Assembly: GCA_043813585.1 (NCBI GenBank)
Contig: JBDRKW010000020.1
Span: 1,185-65,184 of the forward strand
Length of the DNA: 64,000 bases
Direction of reading: 5' to 3'
Source of the DNA: Candidatus Kerfeldbacteria bacterium
GTDB lineage: Bacteria > Patescibacteriota > Patescibacteriia > UBA9570 > XYC2-FULL-38-9
Shown: positions 47,102-55,778 of the stretch, piece after piece
How the letters are laid out: each line of letters begins with the position of its first letter
How positions within the stretch are numbered: position 1 is the first letter of the stretch
Notes under the pieces: generated by a model
The model's database searches: none
Seen by the model: the letters and a program-made list of their open reading frames with translations, nothing else
What the model was told of the DNA's origin: nothing
Made by a program: the position numbers and the translations under genes

Positions 47102-48580
47102 ATGAAATGGGAATTTTCGGTTGTACCAGTGGCAAAAGCGATTCTGTTCGCTCTGCCGTTTGTCGTACTTATCTGGCTTCTGGGCCAGTATTTTTCTTTT
47201 TTCGGCGAGTTGAGCGTGACTCATGATTTCAGGTATAAGTCGCCGGTGATCGGCGAATTCCAGCCGGTTGGACGCGCGTTGGACCGCGAGAAAAATTTGA
47301 AAACAGGGGATGCGGTGCAGCGCATTGTCGGCGATCCGGTTTATTTTTCGGCAACAGTGCCGCGGTCGTTTGATTCTGTTGATCTTGAGCTCGGCTACGC
47401 CAACCCGGATCAGCAGCTCATTGAACTGGGCATTGTCACCAGCGAAGAGCCGTGGAACGTTCGCCTGTACCAGTTCGAGAATAAAGTTATCGATGAGGCA
47501 ATGGCGGAGTGGGAGTCAGTCGAAAGCAACGGCACTGTTCTGCTGCAGCGCGAACCGACATTTGGATCTGTTGAAGAATTCACAGCCAACCTTCCGCTTG
47601 AGAAGCGTATAGGAACGCAAAACGTTACTCTGGAGTATGAATACCGCGATGATTTGTATGAAGTTCAGGAGGAAGATCTGCTGATTGACCGAATGCTGCG
47701 CGGCCGCCACGAGTTTTTGGTGTACGGCGGGGGAGAGGATATTCACATCGAATTCGACATCGCCGATCTCAATACTGAAGACGGCGAGGATCCGGTGAAG
47801 ATTGAAATCCATAAGGACGGCGTACTGATCCATGAAGAGCTGCTGCCGGACGACGGCGTCACCGACGCAAGTTCCGGCGTTTTGCCGGTGCGGACGTTGG
47901 CGGTGAATATTCCTGCGCCCGGCGAAGGGCTGTTCCGCATTGTCGCATCAGTGAACAACGACATTGTCATCAAGCAAATCCGAACCCGCCAGCACAAATT
48001 TGTCATGAACAAGAATGCATACATCATCAATAACGCAGAATACGATGAGCTCGGCAGTTTCAATACCGATCCGACGTCGCTGGTGTTCCAGGGCCGCAAG
48101 CTGATGCTGCGCACGGAACATTCAACCGGCGTGCAGACAGCGGAGATTGACGGCAGCCCATTTGCAGTCGAAGAGGTGAATACCCCATTCTGGTGGGACC
48201 AAGACGAGCCGAAGCAGTGTCATTCACTTACTCTGCCGAAAAACGATCTCGTTTTGTCGACAACCGGCGTATTCGCGTTTTCTCCGGAAAGTTTCTTTGA
48301 TCCGGATTATTTCATTGACGAGGTTGATGAAACTACTTCAATTGACGATTTTGATTACATTATCGTGCGCGACTATCTTTCCCCGGCAACCGACGCTGAA
48401 GGAATGCGGCAGTCGGTTCATATCCCGCTGGATGGCGTTGCCGGCGACAGGAAAGAGCTGCTGTTCGTTCTATCGGCACCGGGGATAGAGCGCAACCATT
48501 ACACGCTCCAGCTGCACGAAATTAACCTGCTGTTCCACCGCGAGCCGCTCACGACGCGAATAACTGATTTCTTCAAATAG
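47102..48580 (+). CDS. Hypothetical membrane-anchored acidic protein
   Basis: 492-aa ORF with N-terminal TM; TTGAAC-17-TATACT promoter at 47064-47092. Confidence 0.7.
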   Translation: MKWEFSVVPVAKAILFALPFVVLIWLLGQYFSFFGELSVTHDFRYKSPVIGEFQPVGRALDREKNLKTGDAVQRIVGDPVYFSATVPRSFDSVDLELGYANPDQQLIELGIVTSEEPWNVRLYQFENKVIDEAMAEWESVESNGTVLLQREPTFGSVEEFTANLPLEKRIGTQNVTLEYEYRDDLYEVQEEDLLIDRMLRGRHEFLVYGGGEDIHIEFDIADLNTEDGEDPVKIEIHKDGVLIHEELLPDDGVTDASSGVLPVRTLAVNIPAPGEGLFRIVASVNNDIVIKQIRTRQHKFVMNKNAYIINNAEYDELGSFNTDPTSLVFQGRKLMLRTEHSTGVQTAEIDGSPFAVEEVNTPFWWDQDEPKQCHSLTLPKNDLVLSTTGVFAFSPESFFDPDYFIDEVDETTSIDDFDYIIVRDYLSPATDAEGMRQSVHIPLDGVAGDRKELLFVLSAPGIERNHYTLQLHEINLLFHREPLTTRITDFFK

Positions 48581-48582
48581 GA

Positions 48583-48813
48583 ATGAGTACTCTCAAGAAA
48601 CAATGCATTTTTTACACCGAACAGCTGCTGCCGTTTGCGTTCAGGCTGCTCCTGGTGTGGTATGTTATTGCAGTATTGCTGGAAGTCATATTTCCCGGTT
48701 TCATATCGCTGTCGATCAACCTTGATCTATTTCTTTGGATTGTTATAATTGTTGCGGTTTTTTCTTTTAGTTTAGAACGTCGAATCCGCGCTAACCAGAA
48801 TAGGCAAACATGA
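48583..48813 (+). CDS. Small 2-TM membrane protein
   Basis: Fills the operon gap; ATGA overlap with rmlA. Confidence 0.65.
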   Translation: MSTLKKQCIFYTEQLLPFAFRLLLVWYVIAVLLEVIFPGFISLSINLDLFLWIVIIVAVFSFSLERRIRANQNRQT

Positions 48814-49883
48814 AAGCTTTGATCACTGCCGGAGGCCATGGCACGCGACTGCGTCCCATCACGTACTCCATGAATAAGCACCTGATTCCGATCGCGAACA
48901 AGCCGATGATTGTTCATGCACTCGAAAAGGTTGCAGAGGCGGGGATTAAGGAAGCCGCGATCAATGTCAACGAAGGAGACCATTCGATCCAGGAGGCGGT
49001 CGGCGACGGATCGCGCTGGGGCCTTAAAATTACCTGCATTGAACAGGTCGGTGGAGCGCTCGGACTCGGACATATCATAAAGAACGCGCAGGACTGGCTT
49101 GGTGATGATGATTTTGTTTTTTATCTCGGGGATAACATTATTTTAGGTTCAATAAAACCGTTTGTGGAAAATTTTAAAGCAAGCAAGGCAAACGGATATC
49201 TTGCGCTGTCAAAAGTGCCTGATCCAGAACGGTTTGGCGTGCCGGAGATCAACGAAAACGGTGAAATTGTCCGCGTGCTCGAAAAACCGGAGAACCCGCC
49301 GAGCGATTTTGCCGTCACAGGCATCTACTGCTACGACAAGAGCGTGCATGACGCGGTGAACAATACGAAACCGAGTGCGCGCGGCGAGCTGGAGATTTCT
49401 GACGTGCATACCTATATGATTGAAAACGGCGGTACGCTAAAATACGAGGTCGTGGAAGGCTGGTGGAAAGATACCGGAAAGCCAAGCGATCTTATTGAAG
49501 GGAACGCGCTCATGCTGGATACGCTGAATGCAAGCAATGAAGCCCGAACAGTTGACGATCGAGTTGTAATCGAAGGCGACGTTGAGATTATGGAAGGCGC
49601 GCAGCTCCTGGGCAGCACCTATTTGAAAGGACCGGTCAGCATCGGCCGCGGTGCAATCATCCGCGATAGCAGGATTTTACCGCATACGTCGGTCGGCCAT
49701 AACACGGAAGTGAGCGGGGCAGAGATCGAACGTGCTATTATAATGGACGAAGCGGACATCGACTGCGACAAGCGCATTGTCGACAGCATCATCGGCCATA
49801 ACGCGACGATCACGAACGCCCACGACACCAAGCCGAACGGCCATCGGATGATTATCGGCGAGAATGCCCAAGTAGAACTGTAA
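48810..49883 (+). CDS. rmlA: Glucose-1-phosphate thymidylyltransferase, long form with C-terminal beta-helix
   Basis: AGGHGTRLRPIT...KHLIP, YLGDN, EKP, PSARGELEISD, WWKDTG. Confidence 0.9.
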   Translation: MKALITAGGHGTRLRPITYSMNKHLIPIANKPMIVHALEKVAEAGIKEAAINVNEGDHSIQEAVGDGSRWGLKITCIEQVGGALGLGHIIKNAQDWLGDDDFVFYLGDNIILGSIKPFVENFKASKANGYLALSKVPDPERFGVPEINENGEIVRVLEKPENPPSDFAVTGIYCYDKSVHDAVNNTKPSARGELEISDVHTYMIENGGTLKYEVVEGWWKDTGKPSDLIEGNALMLDTLNASNEARTVDDRVVIEGDVEIMEGAQLLGSTYLKGPVSIGRGAIIRDSRILPHTSVGHNTEVSGAEIERAIIMDEADIDCDKRIVDSIIGHNATITNAHDTKPNGHRMIIGENAQVEL

Positions 49884-49898
49884 ATTAAACATATTTCC

Positions 49899-50843
49899 AT
49901 GAACATCGTACTCACAGGATCACTGGCCATCGACCGTATTATGAGTTTTCCGGGCCATTTTAAGGAGCATATCCTGCCGGACAGCATCCACGCCATCAAC
50001 GTATCGTTTAATATTGACCGGCTGGAGGAAAAGCGCGGCGGAACTGCGGGAAATATCGCGTATACATTAAAATTGCTGGATAAGAAGCCGAAGATTGTTG
50101 CGGCTGCAGGGAACGACTTCAACTTGTATATGGACTATATGAAAGGCCTGGGTCAGGATGTAAGCGGCATCGAAGAGCAGGAAGACCTGACTACAGCCAG
50201 CGCCTATATCATGACAGACCGCGACGACAACCAGATTACCGCGTTTTTCATGGGAGCGATGGCGCGCGAGACGCATTTTGACATGACCACGCTGAACAAG
50301 AAAGATTCTATCGTCATGCTGTCGCCGGGGAACAAAAGTGATATGCTCAGGTATTCAGCAGAATGCAAAATAGCCGGTGTGAAATACGTGTTTGATCCGG
50401 GCCAGACGCTGCCGTTTATAGAACCGGATGAAATCAAAACGCTATTGGACGGCTCGTATATGATGATGGTGAATGATTATGAACTGCAGATGATCATGAA
50501 GCGTACCGGGCTTAGCCGCGGCGATGTGGAGTCAATGACCGAAATGCTCGTCGTTACGCTTGGAAAAGAAGGATCAACCATCACGACGAACAATATCACA
50601 GTTGAAGTCCCTGTCTGCAAGGTGGAGGATATGAAAGACCCGACCGGAGCAGGCGACGCCTACCGCGCGGGATTCCTGACTGGCCTGGACAACAACCTGG
50701 ACCTGGACGTGGTCGGCCGCGTTGCGGCAACGACAGCAGCATATGCGTGCGAGCACTACGGCACCCAGGAGCATAATTTCTCATTAGATGAATTCTGTGC
50801 ACGGTTTAAAAAGAATTTTTCTCAATCGTGTCCAATAATATAA
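49899..50843 (+). CDS. PfkB family adenosine/nucleoside kinase
   Basis: GSLAIDRIM.FPG.F, GGTAGNIAY, FDPGQ, DPTGAGDAYRAG. Confidence 0.85.
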   Translation: MNIVLTGSLAIDRIMSFPGHFKEHILPDSIHAINVSFNIDRLEEKRGGTAGNIAYTLKLLDKKPKIVAAAGNDFNLYMDYMKGLGQDVSGIEEQEDLTTASAYIMTDRDDNQITAFFMGAMARETHFDMTTLNKKDSIVMLSPGNKSDMLRYSAECKIAGVKYVFDPGQTLPFIEPDEIKTLLDGSYMMMVNDYELQMIMKRTGLSRGDVESMTEMLVVTLGKEGSTITTNNITVEVPVCKVEDMKDPTGAGDAYRAGFLTGLDNNLDLDVVGRVAATTAAYACEHYGTQEHNFSLDEFCARFKKNFSQSCPII

Positions 50844-50865
50844 ATAAATAATTTTAACTTACAGC

Positions 50866-52122
50866 ATGAAGTACGATGTGAAAGATTTAAAGCTCGCCCC
50901 GCTCGGCAAACAAAAGATTGAGTGGGCCGAGTCGCAGATGGATGTCCTCCGCGGTATCCGCAACCGTTTTATCAAACAGAAGCCGCTGAAAGGGGTGCGC
51001 ATTGCCGCATGTCTTCATGTGACGACTGAAACAGCCGTTTTGGCGCAGACTCTAAAAGCAGGCGGCGCAGATGTAACGCTTGTTGCGTCAAATCCGCTAA
51101 GCACGCAGGACGAGACTGCTGCCGCGCTGGTGAAGCACTATGGAATTTCGGTTAATGCCATTCGGGGTGAAGACCGCGTGACGTATTACAAACACCTCAA
51201 CATGGCCATAGACAAGAAGCCGCACATCACCATGGATGACGGTGCAGATTTAGTGTCGCTTCTGCATGGCAAACGCAAGAAAGATTCAGGAGAGGTATGG
51301 GGTTCCACCGAAGAGACAACCACCGGAGTCATCCGCCTGAAAGCGATGGAACGCGAAGGCAAGCTGCTGTTCCCGGCTATCGCGGTAAATGATTCCAAGA
51401 CCAAGCATTTCTTTGATAACCGTTACGGAACCGGCCAATCTACGATTGACGGCATCATCCGCGCAACCAACATGCTTCTGGCTGGAAAGAATATCGTTAT
51501 CGCCGGATATGGCTGGTGCGGCCGCGGCGTGGCCAACCGCGCACGCGGCATGGGAGCGCGCGTTGTCGTCACGGAAGTGGATCCAATGGTTGCCCTTGAG
51601 GCGATCATGGACGGCTTTACCGTCATGCCGATGATTAAGGCGTGCGTTCATGCAGACGTCATTGTTACGCTGACGGGCAATATGCACGTTATCGACAGGC
51701 AGCACTTCCTGAAGATGAAAGACGGCTGCGTTGTGGCAAATTCCGGTCACTTTGATATCGAAATCAACCTTGTTGCATTGAAAAAACTTTCAGTATCCAA
51801 ACGGGAAGTCCGCCCATTCACGGTCGAATACAAGCTGAAGAGCGGCAAGAAGGTCCGTGTACTGGGCGACGGCCGGCTGATCAACCTTGCCTCTGCCGAG
51901 GGACACCCGGCTTCCGTTATGGACATGAGCTTCGCAAACCAGGCGCTTGCTGCAGAATATATTGCAAAGAACCATGAATCCATGGTACCAAAGGTCTATT
52001 CATTGCCTGAAGAAATGGATAATAAGATTGCGGAGCTGAAGCTCAGGAGCATGAAGATCACGCTCGATACGCTGACGCCAGAACAGCAGGAATACCTTTC
52101 ATCTTGGCAGGTAGGAACATAA
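50866..52122 (+). CDS. ahcY: S-adenosylhomocysteine hydrolase
   Basis: SNPLSTQD, DDGAD, EETTTG, KHFFDNRYGTGQS, GYGWCG, GHP..VMDMSF. Confidence 0.97.
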   Translation: MKYDVKDLKLAPLGKQKIEWAESQMDVLRGIRNRFIKQKPLKGVRIAACLHVTTETAVLAQTLKAGGADVTLVASNPLSTQDETAAALVKHYGISVNAIRGEDRVTYYKHLNMAIDKKPHITMDDGADLVSLLHGKRKKDSGEVWGSTEETTTGVIRLKAMEREGKLLFPAIAVNDSKTKHFFDNRYGTGQSTIDGIIRATNMLLAGKNIVIAGYGWCGRGVANRARGMGARVVVTEVDPMVALEAIMDGFTVMPMIKACVHADVIVTLTGNMHVIDRQHFLKMKDGCVVANSGHFDIEINLVALKKLSVSKREVRPFTVEYKLKSGKKVRVLGDGRLINLASAEGHPASVMDMSFANQALAAEYIAKNHESMVPKVYSLPEEMDNKIAELKLRSMKITLDTLTPEQQEYLSSWQVGT

Positions 52123-52140
52123 ATCGCTTAACACACCATT

Positions 52141-52695
52141 ATGAAACCGCTGTCACAAGACGACATAGCAAAAGAGGTTCGTAAGGACTACAACGTTCAG
52201 GATTATTCCAAGAAACCTGTTATTGAAGGAGTTGAGCTGAACAAGCTGCAGTCGTTTAGTGATGACGGCGGTTACTTTGTTGAGCTATCACGTTTCGTCA
52301 ACGAACGGCTAAAGGAGTTTCAGGATTTCTCAATCGAGCAGATGAATTTCTCGCAGATGCTGCCGGGCGTAGTGAAAGCCGCGCACCTGCATCTGAAACA
52401 GGAAGACATCTGGTTTGTACCGCTTTCTGATCGATTACTCGTCGGCCTGATGGACTGCCGTGAAGACTCACCAACTAAGGGTGAAAAAATGCGATTTGTC
52501 ATGGGTGGCGGCAGGGCTGAATTGCTCTATATCCCGCGCGGCGTTGCGCATGGTGCTGCAAACCTGTGGGACAAGCCGGCACATGTCATCTATTTCGTGA
52601 ACAATCCATTTGATCCGGATCCGGAAAAGACAGACGAAGGACGTCTGCCGTGGGACACATTTGGCGAAGGGTTTTGGGAATTATCCAAGGAATAG
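52141..52695 (+). CDS. rmlC: dTDP-4-dehydrorhamnose 3,5-epimerase family (cupin)
   Basis: DDGGYF.E, HLH..Q.D, D.R..SPT, IPRGVAHG; rml context. Confidence 0.85.
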   Translation: MKPLSQDDIAKEVRKDYNVQDYSKKPVIEGVELNKLQSFSDDGGYFVELSRFVNERLKEFQDFSIEQMNFSQMLPGVVKAAHLHLKQEDIWFVPLSDRLLVGLMDCREDSPTKGEKMRFVMGGGRAELLYIPRGVAHGAANLWDKPAHVIYFVNNPFDPDPEKTDEGRLPWDTFGEGFWELSKE

Positions 52696-52775
52696 TGCAT
52701 CAGGAGCATTGACGAATCACGTGAAATCAATACAATAAGGGCTGGCAATCAGCCCTTATTTTGTAACAATTACAG

Positions 52776-53783
52776 ATGAATATTCTTCTTACAGGCGGAG
52801 CCGGTTTCATGGGTTCCAATATGGTGCATTATTTACTGAGGCAATACCCGGAGTACAAGGTATTGAATTTTGATAAATTGACTTACGCTGGCAATCCGGC
52901 AAATGTGAAGAATATCGAAAAAAACCCCAACTACACCTTTATGCAGGGCGACATCGCAGACGAAGAAGGGGTGAACAAGGCCTTTGAAGAATTCAAGCCT
53001 GATGTGGTCATTAATTATGCGGCAGAAACGCATGTGGATCGTTCCATTCTGGACCCGAAAGCATTCCTGATGACCGATATTATCGGCACGTACACGCTGC
53101 TGGAAGCGATGCGCAAATACGGAACAAAGAAGATGGTGCAGATCTCTACCGACGAGGTGTTCGGGTCAATCGAGGAAGGAGCGTTTACGGAAACAAGTCC
53201 GTTTGAACCGAATAGTCCATACTCAGCGTCCAAAGCAGGAGGAGACCATCTTTGTCGTGCCTATTGGGTGACGTTTGAAACGCCGGTGGTCGTGACGCAC
53301 AGCTGCAACTTTTACGGTCCAAATCAATACCCTGAAAAGCTGATCCCGCTGTTCATCACGAATCTTATAGAGGGCAAGAAAGTTCCGGTATACGCAAAAG
53401 GGGAGAATGTCCGCGAGTGGATCTTTACCGAAGACCATTGCCGCGCGGTCGACCGTATTTTGCACGATGGTAAGCCGGGCGATGTCTACAACATCGGTAC
53501 CGGCAAAGAGCTGACCAATATGGAGATTACAAACATGATTCTGAAGGCGCTTGGTGTTGGTGAAGAGATGATCGAGTACGTTAAAGACCGTCCCGGCCAC
53601 GATTTCCGCTACGCCATCGACTGCAGCAAGCTTACGAATGATCTGGGCTGGAAACCGTCTGTCGAATTTGAAGAAGGCCTGCAGCAGACGATCGACTGGT
53701 ACAAGAACAACGAAGACTGGTGGAAGCCGCTCAAATCCGGCGAGTACATGGAGTACTACAAGAAGCAATACCAAGACCGTTAA
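52776..53783 (+). CDS. rmlB: dTDP-glucose 4,6-dehydratase
   Basis: DKLTYAGN, AAETHVDRSI, STDEVFG, PYSASK, DRPGHD.RY. Confidence 0.95.
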   Translation: MNILLTGGAGFMGSNMVHYLLRQYPEYKVLNFDKLTYAGNPANVKNIEKNPNYTFMQGDIADEEGVNKAFEEFKPDVVINYAAETHVDRSILDPKAFLMTDIIGTYTLLEAMRKYGTKKMVQISTDEVFGSIEEGAFTETSPFEPNSPYSASKAGGDHLCRAYWVTFETPVVVTHSCNFYGPNQYPEKLIPLFITNLIEGKKVPVYAKGENVREWIFTEDHCRAVDRILHDGKPGDVYNIGTGKELTNMEITNMILKALGVGEEMIEYVKDRPGHDFRYAIDCSKLTNDLGWKPSVEFEEGLQQTIDWYKNNEDWWKPLKSGEYMEYYKKQYQDR

Positions 53784-53806
53784 TATTCGTTCGCTTCATC
53801 CCTTCA

Positions 53807-53883
53807 GAATGTTTGCACCGCGTGCTATTCTCGACTCCGCTCGACGCACGCTACGTGCAAACATTCTCGCAGGGATTCGCGAA
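53807..53883. repeat. REP-like palindromic element, copy B
   Basis: GAATGTTTGCAC/GTGCAAACATTC outer stem; core nearly identical to 26436-26512. Confidence 0.8.
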
Positions 53884-53978
53884 TGCCCGTAAGCGTATTG
53901 CTCGTACGAGCGATTGGCCCGCCAGGGTTGTCAGCGAGTGAGCAATACGCGTAGGGCATACGCAACTAACACGATAAT

Positions 53979-54836
53979 ATGATTAAGACTCCAATAGTCA
54001 TAACAGGCGCGAAAGGGATGCTGGGGCAGGATCTGGCACGGGTTTTTGCTGAATTCAGTCCTATTCCGTTGGATCGTGAAGAGTTGGATATTACGGATGC
54101 GGAGGCAGTGAAGAAAAAGTTCGAAGAGTTGAAGCCGGGAACGGTGATCAACGCGGCAGCATATAATGCAGTTGATGAAGCGGAAAATGATGGGGGAAAG
54201 CGGCTGGCAGACCTGGTCAATGCGAACGGACCGAAGAATCTTGCGGAGGCGTGTAAAACAATAGGCGCAACATTCGTGCATTACAGTACGGATTATGTTT
54301 TTGATGGTGAGAACCAGGCAGGATATACGGAAGACGATGAACCAAAGCCTCAAAGTGCCTATGCTTTATCCAAGCGACTTGGAGAAGTGCACGCATTAGA
54401 GACAGAAGGAAATGTGTATATCGTCCGAACTTGTAAGTTATTCGGAAAACCTGGAGTGAGTGAAGCGGCTAAGGAGAGTTTTATTGAGCTGATGCTCCGT
54501 CTGGCACAAGAGAAAGATGAACTGCAAGTGGTTGACGAGGAACTCGCGTCACCGACTTACACGCCAGACCTGGCGCAGCAGACAAAAGTATTACTGGAAG
54601 GGGATTATGAACCAGGGATTTACCATATTACGAACTCCGGTGCCTGCACTTGGTATAGGTTTGCCCAGGAAATATTCGAACAGTCGGGTATCGAGATTAA
54701 ACTTAAGAAAGTTAAAGCAGAGGATTTCCCGAGGCCGGCGGCACGTCCAAAATATTCCATTTTGCTGAATACAAAACTGCCTCGCATGCGTTCATGGGAG
54801 CAGGCATTGGCTGATTATCTTAAGCAGCGCAATTAA
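53979..54836 (+). CDS. rmlD: dTDP-4-dehydrorhamnose reductase
   Basis: GAKGMLG, NAAAYNAVD.AE, STDYVFDG, YALSK, A.RP.YS.L. Confidence 0.95.
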   Translation: MIKTPIVITGAKGMLGQDLARVFAEFSPIPLDREELDITDAEAVKKKFEELKPGTVINAAAYNAVDEAENDGGKRLADLVNANGPKNLAEACKTIGATFVHYSTDYVFDGENQAGYTEDDEPKPQSAYALSKRLGEVHALETEGNVYIVRTCKLFGKPGVSEAAKESFIELMLRLAQEKDELQVVDEELASPTYTPDLAQQTKVLLEGDYEPGIYHITNSGACTWYRFAQEIFEQSGIEIKLKKVKAEDFPRPAARPKYSILLNTKLPRMRSWEQALADYLKQRN

Positions 54837-55744
54837 TCGATGTCGAGGTCGTAATAGATTCCGTCAGAAGCAAACGTCACTTTGCTTCCATTTGATGCAA
54901 CAGAGATGTCTGATGGTGACGGCAATTCGCTTAATTGCCAGATTTGCCGCGAACCGCGAGGGTCAATTTCAATAACAAACAATCCATTCTTGTCGCTGTA
55001 AACGACATATCCGCCGTCTGGGTGCCAGGAAACATCGAGAATCGGAGTGCTCTGTCGGTTCAGCAGGATAAATTCACCTGTTCCGCTATTAAGTACCCAT
55101 AACTCTACACCGACAGCATAGGTCAATGCATCATCTTTATTCCATACTGCAGCAGTAACCACCCCGTTAATTCGATGCTTATCATCAAAGTCGTTGAGTG
55201 ACGGCACGATGTAGGAAGATTTCTGCATCTCATCAACAATCAGATCCATCGGGCCTTCCTGCACCATCAGCTCTTTTGGCGCGTCCCACCCAAGATCACG
55301 GTAGTATGTACGGTACTCCTGGCTCAACGCAACAAAGTCCAGGACTACAGATGACGGAGCGGCATCGCGCTGGCGCGGCGTATGCTCGCCAAATAAGACG
55401 ATATCCGGGAATATAACAGATCGTGTCGCATCAAAGTTCAGTGCTTTTTTCCATGAGCGGTAGCCTTCCTTCCGTATTTCAATGGAATATTCGCCGGGGA
55501 GTAACGTTTCAATAAACGGCGTCGTACTACTCTGAGGCTCCCCATTCAAGATGACAATGGCATCCTTTGGTTCAGTATGGAGTGCGAGCGCAGAAGTCCC
55601 GATAACAGAGTTGGTTTGCGAATCAAACCGGTATCCGGCCGTGTATGCGATTAAAAAAATGGCGATCGGCAGGGAAATAATAACAAAAAACCAAAATAAC
55701 ACTGATCGGCGTCGCTGTTTGGCGGATTGACTGGACTGAACCAT
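54833..55744 (-). CDS. PEGA domain membrane protein
   Basis: TM then YTAGYRF; TEPKDA...NG, TP....L.PGEY.I.I.KEGY..W.K. Confidence 0.8.
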   Translation of the reverse strand: MVQSSQSAKQRRRSVLFWFFVIISLPIAIFLIAYTAGYRFDSQTNSVIGTSALALHTEPKDAIVILNGEPQSSTTPFIETLLPGEYSIEIRKEGYRSWKKALNFDATRSVIFPDIVLFGEHTPRQRDAAPSSVVLDFVALSQEYRTYYRDLGWDAPKELMVQEGPMDLIVDEMQKSSYIVPSLNDFDDKHRINGVVTAAVWNKDDALTYAVGVELWVLNSGTGEFILLNRQSTPILDVSWHPDGGYVVYSDKNGLFVIEIDPRGSRQIWQLSELPSPSDISVASNGSKVTFASDGIYYDLDID

Positions 55745-55778
55745 TTGAGTATAGTAATGAAGTTATCAATTCTATGTT

